From sequence record PV577657: a stretch of 64,000 bases of DNA; one strand, written 5' to 3'. Every line of letters starts with the position of its first letter. Within the stretch, counting starts at the first letter, position 1. Position numbers and translations under genes: made by a program. Positions 54,095 to 64,000 of this stretch are shown in pieces. The DNA is from Escherichia phage vB_EcoS_MM-1. The notes under the pieces were generated by a model that made no database searches, was not told where the DNA came from, and saw nothing but the letters and a program-made list of their open reading frames with translations.

Positions 54095-56928
54095 TCCACA
54101 GACTGTTCTCCATCATCTCCTTCTGCTCTAATACGAAAATATAGTTTTCTATTTATTCCTAGAGCATCACTGTTATGAAGAGCAAAATCTGCCTTATTAT
54201 ACATTAATAAATAGTCATAAGTATACTGATTTTCAATACGTACACTTCTTAGCATTCTATTCTGGGAGTCATAGATTTCCAGAGTATAGAATATACTTTC
54301 TATTATATCTTCTTCTGGTATCCTATCCCAAGCTAGTTTTACATCTGGGCCTACAAATTCAGTTACATCCCCAGAAGCCGTATTAGTTACCCTAAAATTA
54401 GATACTATACTTAGGTTTTTAGCAGAGTTAAGTTCTATAGATAAGGTTACTGGAGAACTTCTTCTACCATTTATATCCACAGCCCTTATTTCAAATATCG
54501 CTAAGCCTGCAGGCTCTCCAATTATCTCTTGGATCATGCGTTCATTGGGATTTGTTTCTAGTTGCTGCACAATATAAGGCTCAGCATGCCCGGAATGCAC
54601 GATAGAGTAATAAACTACGTTATTAGTTAAGCTTGGAAGCCAAGATAACTCACCATTTTTTCCTATAGAACCAACTAAACCACCGGGTGTAGGAGTATAT
54701 TTAAAATCTCTAGGAGGAAGAACGTTGTTACTAATATCTGGTATATCATTACCACTATTATCTACTTGATCAGAGTTGATAAATACATCTTCCCCATACT
54801 CCTGTAGAGTAACATTTATCTTTCCTTCTCTAGAGTTTTCGACTTCATCTACTAAAAAGTACTTCTTATCCCATCCGTAACGGTCGTATGTAAATGCAAT
54901 AGCATCGTTAGGCTCAATACCAATGAATTGATATGGTAAAGAAAATGAGAGGGTTCTAGAATACCTAGATTTCTTAAGTTCTCTGTCTGCAAAACTTCTA
55001 GCAGTATAGTAGTTAGTTATATTTGCAAAAGATAATTGTAATTTTTTATCTAAATTTTTATCCTGCTCTTTATATTTAGAGTTATAAAAGGTAATAGAGT
55101 TAGTTTTCCAGCTAAGAGCTGGGTCTACTATGGATGCTTGAACTGAGTTGAATTTATTTCTACCAGTAGTATCTGATAGCTCTAAATCACCATAAGTATC
55201 CAGAAAATTAATCTCTAATGGAGTATTAGAATATTTTTCTACAGTAATCCTATATTGACCAGATAAGTTGTTAATAGCCCCACCGTAGGATTCTAGTAAA
55301 CCTTGCACATTTTTAAATACTGATTCAGATGTATCTAGAATAGTATTCATTTGTACTATTTGTCTATTTTCTGCTAATGGATCAGTCCACCCAACATATC
55401 TCCAGTATGGCTGCCAGGATACTTGGTAAGATTCATCTATAATATCTAAGATAGCAGCTTCTTGTACCAATTGTTGTAGGGGGAACTGATCAATAGCAAT
55501 GTTTGCACCATACCTATCTGAAGTTAAGTAGTCAAGTGTTTGCCAAATACCATTTAAACTAGTACTATTAGCAGTTACTCTACCATCAGGATGATAGATT
55601 TTTATCTTCTTACCCTGAATCTCAGCACTAACTTCTGGAATCTCAGTTCTATTTTCATTAATAGTAAAGCGTACTACCGCGTATGCAGTATCTAATAGTT
55701 TATATCTAGCATCCCAGTACTCAGGCCCATTACCGTTCATATTTTGGAGATAGAACCCACGTTCCTTCGCTATATTTACTAATACTTCAGAAGCCGTTTG
55801 ATCAGCTTTTCCATGATAAGTCCAAATCCTTATATCACCATTACCATCATTATATTTATATTCCTGACCGTGCACAGAAGGACTACTAGAAGATATTCCT
55901 GATGCTATTCTTTGCATGGTGTCTCCTGCTACTTTTTTAACACCGAAACAGGTTCTAGCAGAGCTATCATTAGAGTCCATACAAATCATAGGGTTATCCC
56001 CAAAGGAAAAGTCAAGAAAACCGTCTATCTCTCCTTCAGCAAAAGCGTATACTACGTAAACTATATTAGGATTGTGTAATTCCGTATCCGCAAAAATAGG
56101 TATTCCCGGTATTTTCTGTACACCATAAACTACTGGTATATACTTAGCAGCAAGGTTAAAATCTATATCTACTTCTTTAGTAACAGTCTCATAATACTTT
56201 TTAAGACTATAACTTCTAGATAGTCCAAATAGCTTTTTCTTAGACTTTAGCTTGTATCTTTCTTCCTGTACCTGATACTTTGCTAGAATAGAGATACTTT
56301 TATTGGCATGAAAGAACCCATAATCTTCCTGGTACTCAAGTCTTTTAGCCCCGTTAGATGGAACTAATTGTCCTGCTACAACCTCAAGCCCTCTATGAGA
56401 AGCATCATCAGTAAACCTACCGTTAACCCTATCAAAATCATAGAATTGGTTAGAACAATTCCAAGTAATTGTAGAGGTTCCAACCCCAGAAGTACTAATG
56501 TTGTCCTTAATACCTCCACCAGTAATTCTCCCTCTAAAGTATAATAAAGGGCCATTTGTGTCTGGGTCTACAGGTAAAATAGAACCATCCTCTGTAATAA
56601 TTGCTTGATGAATTGATACTAGTCTATCTAAAAAGGACACACCATTCTGCACTAATTTCAGTACTTCATCCTGCGCTGTACCTGTAATAGTAAAGGATAG
56701 GCTGCCAATAGATAAATCTCTATTTTGTTTATGTGTGCTAATAGACTTAACTTTACCGGCCTGGTACAAAATACCATTATATAGTACATCTCTAAAATAG
56801 TCAGTTAAGTAAATAAAAGCAGTACTAGTACCAGTAGAGCCGGGTAATTCTAGAGAAATTAGACTAGCAGTTTTTATTCTGCTATTATTTTTTAAGTAGT
56901 TTCTAGCACTATCTAATATTTTTTTCAT
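54079..56928 (-). CDS. baseplate hub protein (pb3-like)
   Basis: 949-aa ORF downstream of distal tail protein gene. Confidence 0.7.
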   Translation of the reverse strand: MKKILDSARNYLKNNSRIKTASLISLELPGSTGTSTAFIYLTDYFRDVLYNGILYQAGKVKSISTHKQNRDLSIGSLSFTITGTAQDEVLKLVQNGVSFLDRLVSIHQAIITEDGSILPVDPDTNGPLLYFRGRITGGGIKDNISTSGVGTSTITWNCSNQFYDFDRVNGRFTDDASHRGLEVVAGQLVPSNGAKRLEYQEDYGFFHANKSISILAKYQVQEERYKLKSKKKLFGLSRSYSLKKYYETVTKEVDIDFNLAAKYIPVVYGVQKIPGIPIFADTELHNPNIVYVVYAFAEGEIDGFLDFSFGDNPMICMDSNDSSARTCFGVKKVAGDTMQRIASGISSSSPSVHGQEYKYNDGNGDIRIWTYHGKADQTASEVLVNIAKERGFYLQNMNGNGPEYWDARYKLLDTAYAVVRFTINENRTEIPEVSAEIQGKKIKIYHPDGRVTANSTSLNGIWQTLDYLTSDRYGANIAIDQFPLQQLVQEAAILDIIDESYQVSWQPYWRYVGWTDPLAENRQIVQMNTILDTSESVFKNVQGLLESYGGAINNLSGQYRITVEKYSNTPLEINFLDTYGDLELSDTTGRNKFNSVQASIVDPALSWKTNSITFYNSKYKEQDKNLDKKLQLSFANITNYYTARSFADRELKKSRYSRTLSFSLPYQFIGIEPNDAIAFTYDRYGWDKKYFLVDEVENSREGKINVTLQEYGEDVFINSDQVDNSGNDIPDISNNVLPPRDFKYTPTPGGLVGSIGKNGELSWLPSLTNNVVYYSIVHSGHAEPYIVQQLETNPNERMIQEIIGEPAGLAIFEIRAVDINGRRSSPVTLSIELNSAKNLSIVSNFRVTNTASGDVTEFVGPDVKLAWDRIPEEDIIESIFYTLEIYDSQNRMLRSVRIENQYTYDYLLMYNKADFALHNSDALGINRKLYFRIRAEGDDGEQSVEWASI

Positions 56929-57539
56929 AGACTTTCCCGTAAATTTAATGAGATGTTGGAGTATGTTCCGTTATTATTTAGTGTAGATCCAAAAGCATCA
57001 CCATTCATGAGTTTTGTTCTAAATAGTATTCCATTAAATACTGGCTTCTCCGCTCCAGTAGTAGTTATAAATAAATCAGGGTATAAGTTTATGGACCATG
57101 TATTACCTGATTTGTTAAATGATGTTATTTTATATACTTTTGGGTGGTTAGACAGCTTAAACAGATCTCCCGGTTTTGGAGTACCTGTAAGAAGTCCTTT
57201 TGTATCCATAGTTATATTAGAACCTTTCTGTCCAGCAGGTATATTTACTAGACTAGTATTACCTCTAACTCTAAAAGCTTCGTATTGGGGTAATATAACA
57301 TCTATATAACCACCAGTCCTTTTGTATTCTAGAATAAAAGCATCTAGAACACTATATTCATCTGGAAATAATTCTGGATAAGAAATATTTATACCCCAGT
57401 ATTGAGCAGATACCTTAACTTCGTTAACTTTACCATTTGGTAACTCATCACGAATTACTGGGTCATTATCAATCAGGTTAACACTTTCGAATCCTAAGCC
57501 TGAAAGTTCTGGATTCGTGTATGGGTCTGGTAATCTCAT
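56925..57539 (-). CDS. distal tail protein (Dit, pb9-like)
   Basis: 204-aa ORF immediately downstream of tape measure gene. Confidence 0.7.
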   Translation of the reverse strand: MRLPDPYTNPELSGLGFESVNLIDNDPVIRDELPNGKVNEVKVSAQYWGINISYPELFPDEYSVLDAFILEYKRTGGYIDVILPQYEAFRVRGNTSLVNIPAGQKGSNITMDTKGLLTGTPKPGDLFKLSNHPKVYKITSFNKSGNTWSINLYPDLFITTTGAEKPVFNGILFRTKLMNGDAFGSTLNNNGTYSNISLNLRESL

Positions 57540-57619
57540 AGTTAATTTCTCCTCTTTAATAACAATATTATAATAGTATTAGAAAATTTTATCAAGAAAT
57601 TTTTATTTTTCCATAAAGA

Positions 57620-57645
57620 AAAGGAGGACTCAAAGTCCTCCTCCA
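57620..57645. terminator. stem-loop after tape measure gene
   Basis: AGGAGGACT-CAAAG-AGTCCTCCT hairpin. Confidence 0.55.
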
Positions 57646-57648
57646 GTT

Positions 57649-60600
57649 TTAAGAGTTTCCTAATGTTTTCAGACTAGCACCGTTCTCATTCAGAGCTAAT
57701 TCTACTGCGTCTCTTAGAGCACTACTATTACTAGAAGCAAACTCTCTGAAACTTGCGGCATCCATAGCACTAATATTCAAGATGATAGGTCTTCCTGAAG
57801 TTGAGTTAGATGAGGCTTTTAGCTCATCATTAGGTGTAGCTTTCATAGGAACCATAGGGGTAACTACTTCTGTACCATGTTCACCCATTTGGTAACTAAC
57901 CCCTGGGTACATATTACCACCTTCAGCACGAGGAACGAAAGAGTTGGCACTACCTATACCTTGATCGCCACGAATATAAGATAGTTCACCTGCATTAGCA
58001 GACATGGACACATCTATATTCTTTTGACGCTCTCCTAAGGTTAAGTAACTAGTTGTATCAGCTCCCGAATCAGCAATACTCGACATACTCGATGCAGAGG
58101 ATGCTTGGGCGAGGGCCAGAGCACCTGCCAAACCTGCCGCTACCATCAGAGGGATAGAGAACGGGTATGGAACAGCTGTTGCCGCCTGCATTACAGCTAC
58201 TGCAGTTTGGATGATAATCTGCTTCTTAGCTGCGTCTTGTTGAATCTTCAGCTTTTCAGCTTCTAACTTTTTCAGTTTAGCTTTAGATGCCTCAGATTTA
58301 CCATCTCGTTTCTGCTCTGCTGCAATAGCCTGATCAATTGCACTAACCTGTTGACTAGTACTATATTGAATCATAGAGGCCACAGTCTGCATACCTGAAG
58401 CAATCATAGATGTAGTATCTAAAGATCCCTGGGAGAATTGAATCATAGCATTGGTTAGGTTACCCATGCTTTGAGCTACAGCGGTTGCTTCAGAGTTTAG
58501 CTCAGATAGTTTAGAGATTGCCTGATCATAAGAAGCCATTCTATTTTGCATATCAGCAAAATCTTTATCTTCTCCAGATAATCCAGTTGTAGGGGTATAC
58601 ACAGCACCTACAGAAGACCCTACCTGTTGCTGCATCTGGCTATCTCTCTGTTTTCTAAGCTGTTCTAAGGCTGCTGAAGTTTTATAAATCTCATTACGAT
58701 ATTTAATTTCTTCTTCAGTATTACCTTTAGACAGCTCCAGCTGCTGCTGCAGAATAGATAACCTTTCAGTGAGAATCTGGGACTGACCAGTGACATTTCT
58801 CTGCGTTTGGCTAACCTCTAAGGCATCCATAAGGGCGGATACATGAGTAGCAGTAGCTTGTTTCTCTGCTTCCCATAACTCTCTACTTATCTGTGCTTGA
58901 GCACGTCTAGACTGTTCTGCCTCTTTTTGTTTATCCGCTTGTTTTAAGTACCACTCATATTTTTCTTCCTCTATAGTTAGTTCTAGCTTTAACTGTGCTA
59001 ATCTATACTGAGTGCTAGTCATAGTACGGTCATTCAGAAGAGCTATCTCACGATCTACACCCAGAATTTTATCTGTGTAATCCTTGACCTTTTTCTGGGC
59101 TTCCATACCCTGATTAGTAAGCTTAAGTTTCTCCAGCTGAATTTTTTCAATTTCTTTCTCAACAGCTTTATTTCCCTGGTTTGTTTGAAGAACACGGCGT
59201 AAAGCAGCTTCTTGCTCTTCTAACTGTTGGAGTTCTAAATGCCTACCAGCTTCCTGTGCTTTTTCTTTATCCTTAGTTTGGTTATATACATCAGCTATCT
59301 TCTGTTGAACTGCTAACTGATTTTTAGTTTCATTACCAGTTAGTTTAACATACTCAGATAGAGCCTGAGATGCAGTTTTCATTTCAGATAGGGTGTTAAA
59401 CCCTAAGTTGAGACTTTTAACGTACTCATCAGCACTCTTACCAGTTCCTGCGGATAGAGACGATACGTTTTTAATTACTTCTTCAAAAGTTGCACTGGTT
59501 TTAGCGGCAGTATCTGTGCTAGTAGCTATATTTTGAAAGTCATTAGCTAAATCACTAGACGTTTTCTTAGTTTGGTTATATGCTTTTTGTTGCTCTGTCA
59601 GACCCTTTAGAGCAGCAGAATTAAAGTCATATACAGCATCTGGGTCATATACATCTTTCTGTAGATTAATCTGTTTCTGGAACTCCGGATTAGCCTTTGC
59701 AGCAGCAGCTCCTGCAGTTTGGAAGGCCGATTTCCAAGCAGTAAGGTTTTCAGTAGAATCTTCTACTTCTTTATCTAACCTACTTACTTGTAGACCCATA
59801 GCGGCGGTTTCTGCTACAAATTGCTTATTGGCCTCCGAAGCACCTGCTGCTGCAAGACCAACAGGAATACCTTCACCAACTTGACGTATAGCTAGTTTTG
59901 TATAGAAATCTGCTTGTTCCATTCGTTTATCGAACTCAGATTTTAGCTTATTACGCTTATCAAGAGATTCCTTATACATATCTAGAGCTTTATTATAGCC
60001 TTCTTCAGAAGCAGCTAAACTTAAAGCAACAGCACCAACGTTGGTAGGGTCTATCTGTCTATTAGTTTTTTCTTGGGCCCTAGCTGCCTCAGCAGATATA
60101 GAAGCCTGAGATGTATAAAATACTGTGTTGATAGCATCAATTACTGGCCCTAAATACTTAGCAGCAGCTTGTTGTATTTTTCTTAGTGCAGCATCTGCAT
60201 TAGCAGCAAATTGCTCCCATGGGGTTGCACGTAGTACTTCATCTAGGTAGCCAAACCGCTTAGTAGATTCAGCAATTACCGCGTTAGCATATGCTTGTTG
60301 TTTCTGGAAAGTGGTAAGACTATTAACATTATATGTTATACCTGTGTTTGCAGCATTTAACTGTTTAACATAATCAGCGTATGCGTCATTAAGACGGATG
60401 GTGACACCAAGTTCATCCAGAAGTTCAATTTCTTGTTTAGATACGCCCTTAATTACACGGTTAAGTGCATCAGTCATATCAACGCCAAGAACAGCAGCAG
60501 CACGACGAGCTACTAAACCAAATTTATTAAGTTGTTCAGCATCAAATCCATAAGCAGATGCTGAAGATGCCTGTCTCATTGCTTCCTCAAAAGAAATAGC

Positions 60601-61329
60601 ATATCCAGCAGCTTCTTGTAGTGATCTAGCAAGGGTCTGAACAGGAGTACCTGTCTGAGTACCTACTATAACACCAAATTTTTCTAGACGATTTAGCTGA
60701 TCACCTAGTTTAAGTTGTTCAAATGCTGATTGCAAAACGAAGATGTTGGAAGCAAGAGCTGCGTACATAATAGGTAAACTACCACCTATCTTAGCCATTG
60801 CCGCAAAATCACGAGTTGCACCACGTGCTGAACCAGAAGTATTACCAATAGCTCTAGAAGCTCTACCAGCGGCACCAGCAGTGTCGTTAAAACCTCTAGC
60901 TGTACCACCTAATGCTCTATTAGTATCGTATAATCTATCCTGGACTTTTTCTGTTGCAGCTGCAACATCATTACCCATTGTTTTAACAGATCTAGAAACT
61001 CCATCAAATCCGACTTCTAATTTATCTGCTACTTCAATCATTGTAATAGCGAGGTCGTCTAACTTAGCCCCTATATCATTAATAGATTTAGTAACACTAA
61101 GCATACCCCTACTAGCTTGCATTTTAGTAAGACTTTTCGCTGCTCTGTCTGCTGCCCTCTCAATGGAATAAAGAGTTCTGGGCATTTTACCTAACTGCTC
61201 ATTTGTCAGTTCGGAAGCAGCAGCAGCATTTTCCAACGCATCAGATACGTTTTCAATAGACTTTGCAGTACGAGTTGCCCCCTTCTGTTTAACGTCTATT
61301 AGTAATTCTCGTATTAGCTTATCAGTCAT
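57649..61329 (-). CDS. tail tape measure protein
   Basis: 1226 aa, long coiled coil, hydrophobic C-terminal region. Confidence 0.85.
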   Translation of the reverse strand: MTDKLIRELLIDVKQKGATRTAKSIENVSDALENAAAASELTNEQLGKMPRTLYSIERAADRAAKSLTKMQASRGMLSVTKSINDIGAKLDDLAITMIEVADKLEVGFDGVSRSVKTMGNDVAAATEKVQDRLYDTNRALGGTARGFNDTAGAAGRASRAIGNTSGSARGATRDFAAMAKIGGSLPIMYAALASNIFVLQSAFEQLKLGDQLNRLEKFGVIVGTQTGTPVQTLARSLQEAAGYAISFEEAMRQASSASAYGFDAEQLNKFGLVARRAAAVLGVDMTDALNRVIKGVSKQEIELLDELGVTIRLNDAYADYVKQLNAANTGITYNVNSLTTFQKQQAYANAVIAESTKRFGYLDEVLRATPWEQFAANADAALRKIQQAAAKYLGPVIDAINTVFYTSQASISAEAARAQEKTNRQIDPTNVGAVALSLAASEEGYNKALDMYKESLDKRNKLKSEFDKRMEQADFYTKLAIRQVGEGIPVGLAAAGASEANKQFVAETAAMGLQVSRLDKEVEDSTENLTAWKSAFQTAGAAAAKANPEFQKQINLQKDVYDPDAVYDFNSAALKGLTEQQKAYNQTKKTSSDLANDFQNIATSTDTAAKTSATFEEVIKNVSSLSAGTGKSADEYVKSLNLGFNTLSEMKTASQALSEYVKLTGNETKNQLAVQQKIADVYNQTKDKEKAQEAGRHLELQQLEEQEAALRRVLQTNQGNKAVEKEIEKIQLEKLKLTNQGMEAQKKVKDYTDKILGVDREIALLNDRTMTSTQYRLAQLKLELTIEEEKYEWYLKQADKQKEAEQSRRAQAQISRELWEAEKQATATHVSALMDALEVSQTQRNVTGQSQILTERLSILQQQLELSKGNTEEEIKYRNEIYKTSAALEQLRKQRDSQMQQQVGSSVGAVYTPTTGLSGEDKDFADMQNRMASYDQAISKLSELNSEATAVAQSMGNLTNAMIQFSQGSLDTTSMIASGMQTVASMIQYSTSQQVSAIDQAIAAEQKRDGKSEASKAKLKKLEAEKLKIQQDAAKKQIIIQTAVAVMQAATAVPYPFSIPLMVAAGLAGALALAQASSASSMSSIADSGADTTSYLTLGERQKNIDVSMSANAGELSYIRGDQGIGSANSFVPRAEGGNMYPGVSYQMGEHGTEVVTPMVPMKATPNDELKASSNSTSGRPIILNISAMDAASFREFASSNSSALRDAVELALNENGASLKTLGNS

Positions 61330-61339
61330 GTTTTATTTT

Positions 61340-61380
61340 TCCCAATAAAAAAGGCTCTGGGCAAATCACCCAGAGCCAAG
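61340..61380 (-). terminator. intra-operon stem-loop upstream of tape measure gene
   Basis: GGCTCTGGG-CAAATCAC-CCAGAGCC hairpin, T-run on minus strand. Confidence 0.55.
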
Positions 61381-61412
61381 CCTCATCGTGGAACGCCCAT
61401 TGGAGGAAACTT

Positions 61413-61781
61413 TTACCGTGCACGAGATCTAGCATGTGGCTTAACGTTAGGAATCCTTCCGTTTTGCGGTTTATGCTTCTCAGCACGTTTACGTGCAGCA
61501 TCTACAGCTTTAGCATCAAATATATTGATAATGTGTAGAACAAATTCTTTTTCTATAGGATCAGTAATCCCATAAATATCAAATAAAACACCTAGTGCAG
61601 CCTTATCCTTACCTATAAAAATAGGAAAGTCACCCGGTATGAAACAGTCAATCAGACTGTTATAAATATTCATACTAATAGATACAATAGGTGGAAAATC
61701 TTCGAGTTCAACGGGCATAGCCTTAGGATCAGGCTCTATACCCATTGACTCGCAAAGTATTAAATATTGTTGTTTAGTCAT
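61413..61781 (-). CDS. tail assembly chaperone-like protein (distal)
   Basis: 122-aa ORF with basic C-terminus, directly upstream of tape measure gene. Confidence 0.55.
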   Translation of the reverse strand: MTKQQYLILCESMGIEPDPKAMPVELEDFPPIVSISMNIYNSLIDCFIPGDFPIFIGKDKAALGVLFDIYGITDPIEKEFVLHIINIFDAKAVDAARKRAEKHKPQNGRIPNVKPHARSRAR

Positions 61782-61842
61782 TTTAGATGCTGAGCTTTTA
61801 ATACATTTGTCTGCAAAATCAGCAACAGCATCTAGAAGTTCT

Positions 61843-62247
61843 TTACGCTTTTGAGCTACGAAAAGTGTCTAAGTGGAACACTGTCTGGTTGATCCAAGAA
61901 TCAAACGCAGCAGAGTTCTGCATGAGCATTACAGCATTATCGCGGCTAAAAGGAACTTCAGTAGCAGGATCAGCATCTGTTTCAATCAGCATCAGTTTTT
62001 CAACGTCACCTACAGTCAAACCAGTCCAACCTTTAATAGCTGCGTCAACAAAGGCTTCAATGAACTTATCATCATCCTGTACCTGAACCAAAGTACCATT
62101 AACCCATTCATCGCGTTTAGCAGAAGAAATAACACGTTTAGAGGTAGCACGAGACATATAGTTAAGTTCTAGTTTAAAGTTCGGCATACCTGGGTAGGAA
62201 AGAGTAATAGTACGAGTATCAAGAGTAATATCTTTTAAATTAATCAT
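61843..62247 (-). CDS. tail assembly chaperone-like protein (proximal)
   Basis: 134-aa ORF between tail tube-side genes and tape measure. Confidence 0.55.
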   Translation of the reverse strand: MINLKDITLDTRTITLSYPGMPNFKLELNYMSRATSKRVISSAKRDEWVNGTLVQVQDDDKFIEAFVDAAIKGWTGLTVGDVEKLMLIETDADPATEVPFSRDNAVMLMQNSAAFDSWINQTVFHLDTFRSSKA

Positions 62248-63143
62248 TTTTTAATTTCTCCAAAGAAATCTATTCTCACTGGGTCTGAAGAAGCAGTAGG
62301 TATAATGTCCCACTCAACTCTATACACATCTGAGAACTCTAGGCGTTTTGTAATACGTGCTGAAGGAAAATCTATAGAAATATTATTATTTCTTATCGTT
62401 AAAGGTAGATCTGTCTCCGGTTCGATAGTGTAAACCATATCTCCTGCAAAACGTTTTAAGTAATATAGAGAAATGGTTGCCGAAGCATTCATTTCATTTA
62501 CATAAGCTCTTTTATTATTATAAATTTTATTTATATCAAAAACACTCTTATCTTCTCTCCAAGAGCACTGCTGTTGGAAAGATAAAGAGGCAGAAATAAG
62601 ACCGGGTAAGATGCTGCCATTAGTAGAAGCTATTACTGGGCTGTAAGACATTACTTCACCCTGTATAATAGAAGCTGCTTCTCTATACGTAGATACTTCG
62701 GAAAATTTTCCCGATTCAATACCAACATTAAGAATTGGTATGTTCTTATCTAAAGAAAAATCTACCGTAGATACATAACAGTTTTCAAAATATACACAGT
62801 TATTATCTTTATTTACTATATAGATATTGAACATAATAGGTTCAATATTACTACTATATAGTGGGAGTAAGAAAGTATTACCTTTTCTATCAAAACCTAA
62901 CCATTCAAAGAAGTTAGCCTCAGTAAGAGTATTACTGAAATTTACTGCTAGAGAGATAGAAGAGGGGGTTTGAGCATTTATAATAGAGTCTGCATAGTTA
63001 GTTCTACGATGAACAGTCCTACGAAGAGTCTTGAATTCCTCGTAGGAAGTCTGTATATCATAGTTTGATAGGGCATCAAAATGAAATGCCCTACCATCAT
63101 ACTCAACTATAACTTTTGACTCTCTCATTAGAGAGTAGTACAT
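62244..63143 (-). CDS. tail protein (p140-like)
   Basis: 299-aa ORF adjacent to major tail tube gene. Confidence 0.6.
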   Translation of the reverse strand: MYYSLMRESKVIVEYDGRAFHFDALSNYDIQTSYEEFKTLRRTVHRRTNYADSIINAQTPSSISLAVNFSNTLTEANFFEWLGFDRKGNTFLLPLYSSNIEPIMFNIYIVNKDNNCVYFENCYVSTVDFSLDKNIPILNVGIESGKFSEVSTYREAASIIQGEVMSYSPVIASTNGSILPGLISASLSFQQQCSWREDKSVFDINKIYNNKRAYVNEMNASATISLYYLKRFAGDMVYTIEPETDLPLTIRNNNISIDFPSARITKRLEFSDVYRVEWDIIPTASSDPVRIDFFGEIKK

Positions 63144-63147
63144 TTAA

Positions 63148-64000
63148 TTAGCCACCTGCTGTTACAGTAATCTGTTTAGTACCTTTAACTCCAGAACCAT
63201 CTTTAGCAGTAGCTTCTACAGTAACTGCACCAGTTTTACTAGCATCTGCTGTTAACAGTCCGGTCGCACTGATAGTAGCTGCATCGCCGGCAGTGATAGC
63301 CCAAGTAACTTCCTTATTCTTTGCGGAAGAAGGAGTAACTTCAACACTCATTTGAAGAGTAGCCGAGTTGTTTACTGTAGTAGCATCACCAGCAGATTTA
63401 ACAGTAATTGCGGTTACAGCATTAGTAGCACCATCACCATTAACAATCAAGTTATTAATAGTTGTTTTGGTATATTTACTAGAGAAGCCTAAGTAACCTT
63501 CATCACCAGCATCCAGATCAGATGGAATAGCTTTAAACTCTACTGAAGTACCAAGTACATCATCAGTTTCAATAGTAGGAATATTAACGTGTGCTTGTTT
63601 AGCTACCAAAATAGCCGCAGGACGTTCTTCATCGTATTCGCCACCAAGTACTAGAGCAATTTCGAAGCGGTTAACTACCTTCAGAGTTTTGATAAGATCT
63701 TTATACAGCTCCATAGAACCAAGAGATTTATCATTCAGATAAGCAGTTAATGAACCAGTTAGTTCAAATGCGCCAGTAAATGAACCGATCGGAATATTTA
63801 CACGGGACATAATATTTGGGGTTAGATACGTGATATTATTATTAATGGTGAAAGTACCACCAGTAATAGGTATGTCATAAGACTTATTGGTATCCATATC
63901 CTTAATTTTCAAGATAGTCAGTTTGTTCTTAATATAAGAACCCTGGATAGTCATATAAGTTTCATCATCAATACCTACCTCATCTGGATCAAATGGTTGC
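63148..64000 (-). CDS. major tail tube protein, C-terminal part with Ig-like domain (5' end beyond window)
   Basis: C-terminal Big_2-like Ig domain (TAITVKSAGD...VTVEATAKDGSG); ORF open to window edge. Confidence 0.75.
   Translation of the reverse strand, partial: QPFDPDEVGIDDETYMTIQGSYIKNKLTILKIKDMDTNKSYDIPITGGTFTINNNITYLTPNIMSRVNIPIGSFTGAFELTGSLTAYLNDKSLGSMELYKDLIKTLKVVNRFEIALVLGGEYDEERPAAILVAKQAHVNIPTIETDDVLGTSVEFKAIPSDLDAGDEGYLGFSSKYTKTTINNLIVNGDGATNAVTAITVKSAGDATTVNNSATLQMSVEVTPSSAKNKEVTWAITAGDAATISATGLLTADASKTGAVTVEATAKDGSGVKGTKQITVTAGG

Noticed and set aside
1-64000. Integrated prophage or mobile-element boundaries (integrase, transposase, att sites)
   Set aside because: No integrase, transposase or recombinase-like ORF found; gene order is that of a lytic T5-like genome, and the only mobile-type genes are free-standing HNH endonucleases.

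Overview
The window reads as a contiguous slice of a T5-like siphophage genome (Tequintavirus-type), with no integrase, rRNA or CRISPR array. Three blocks are visible. (1) 1-19.5 kb is a leftward-transcribed early block: tRNA genes, small ORFs, a Toprim-only protein, SPFH protein, SleB-like hydrolase, REC-like protein, DEDDh exonuclease, NADAR protein, RNase H, ThyA, DHFR, NrdB, NrdA and PhoH, with a counter-oriented three-gene island at 3.1-4.8 kb. (2) 19.8-48.8 kb is a rightward early/replication block: NrdD, Sir2-like and HAD-like proteins, three free-standing HNH endonucleases, a large putative replication initiator behind a ~500-nt untranslated leader, a two-ORF NAD-dependent ligase, DnaB-like helicase, DnaG-like primase, family A DNA polymerase, SF2 helicase, SbcCD-like nuclease, Hjc-like resolvase, flap endonuclease and dUTPase. 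(3) 48.8-64 kb is a leftward late tail block: L-shaped tail fibre with 21-bp repeats, collar, baseplate proteins, tape measure, chaperones and a partial tail tube gene. Nearly every early gene has its own strong T5-type sigma70 promoter (one is a near copy of the classical PN25 promoter as I recall it). The most interesting candidates are the 3.1-4.8 kb island, an apparent NAD/ADP-ribose toolkit (NADAR, Sir2-like, HAD-like), and the untranslated leader plus PrimPol-like initiator at 25.5-28.8 kb. All calls are from reading the sequence and ORF translations; no database search was run, and tRNA boundaries and anticodons were folded by hand and are approximate.
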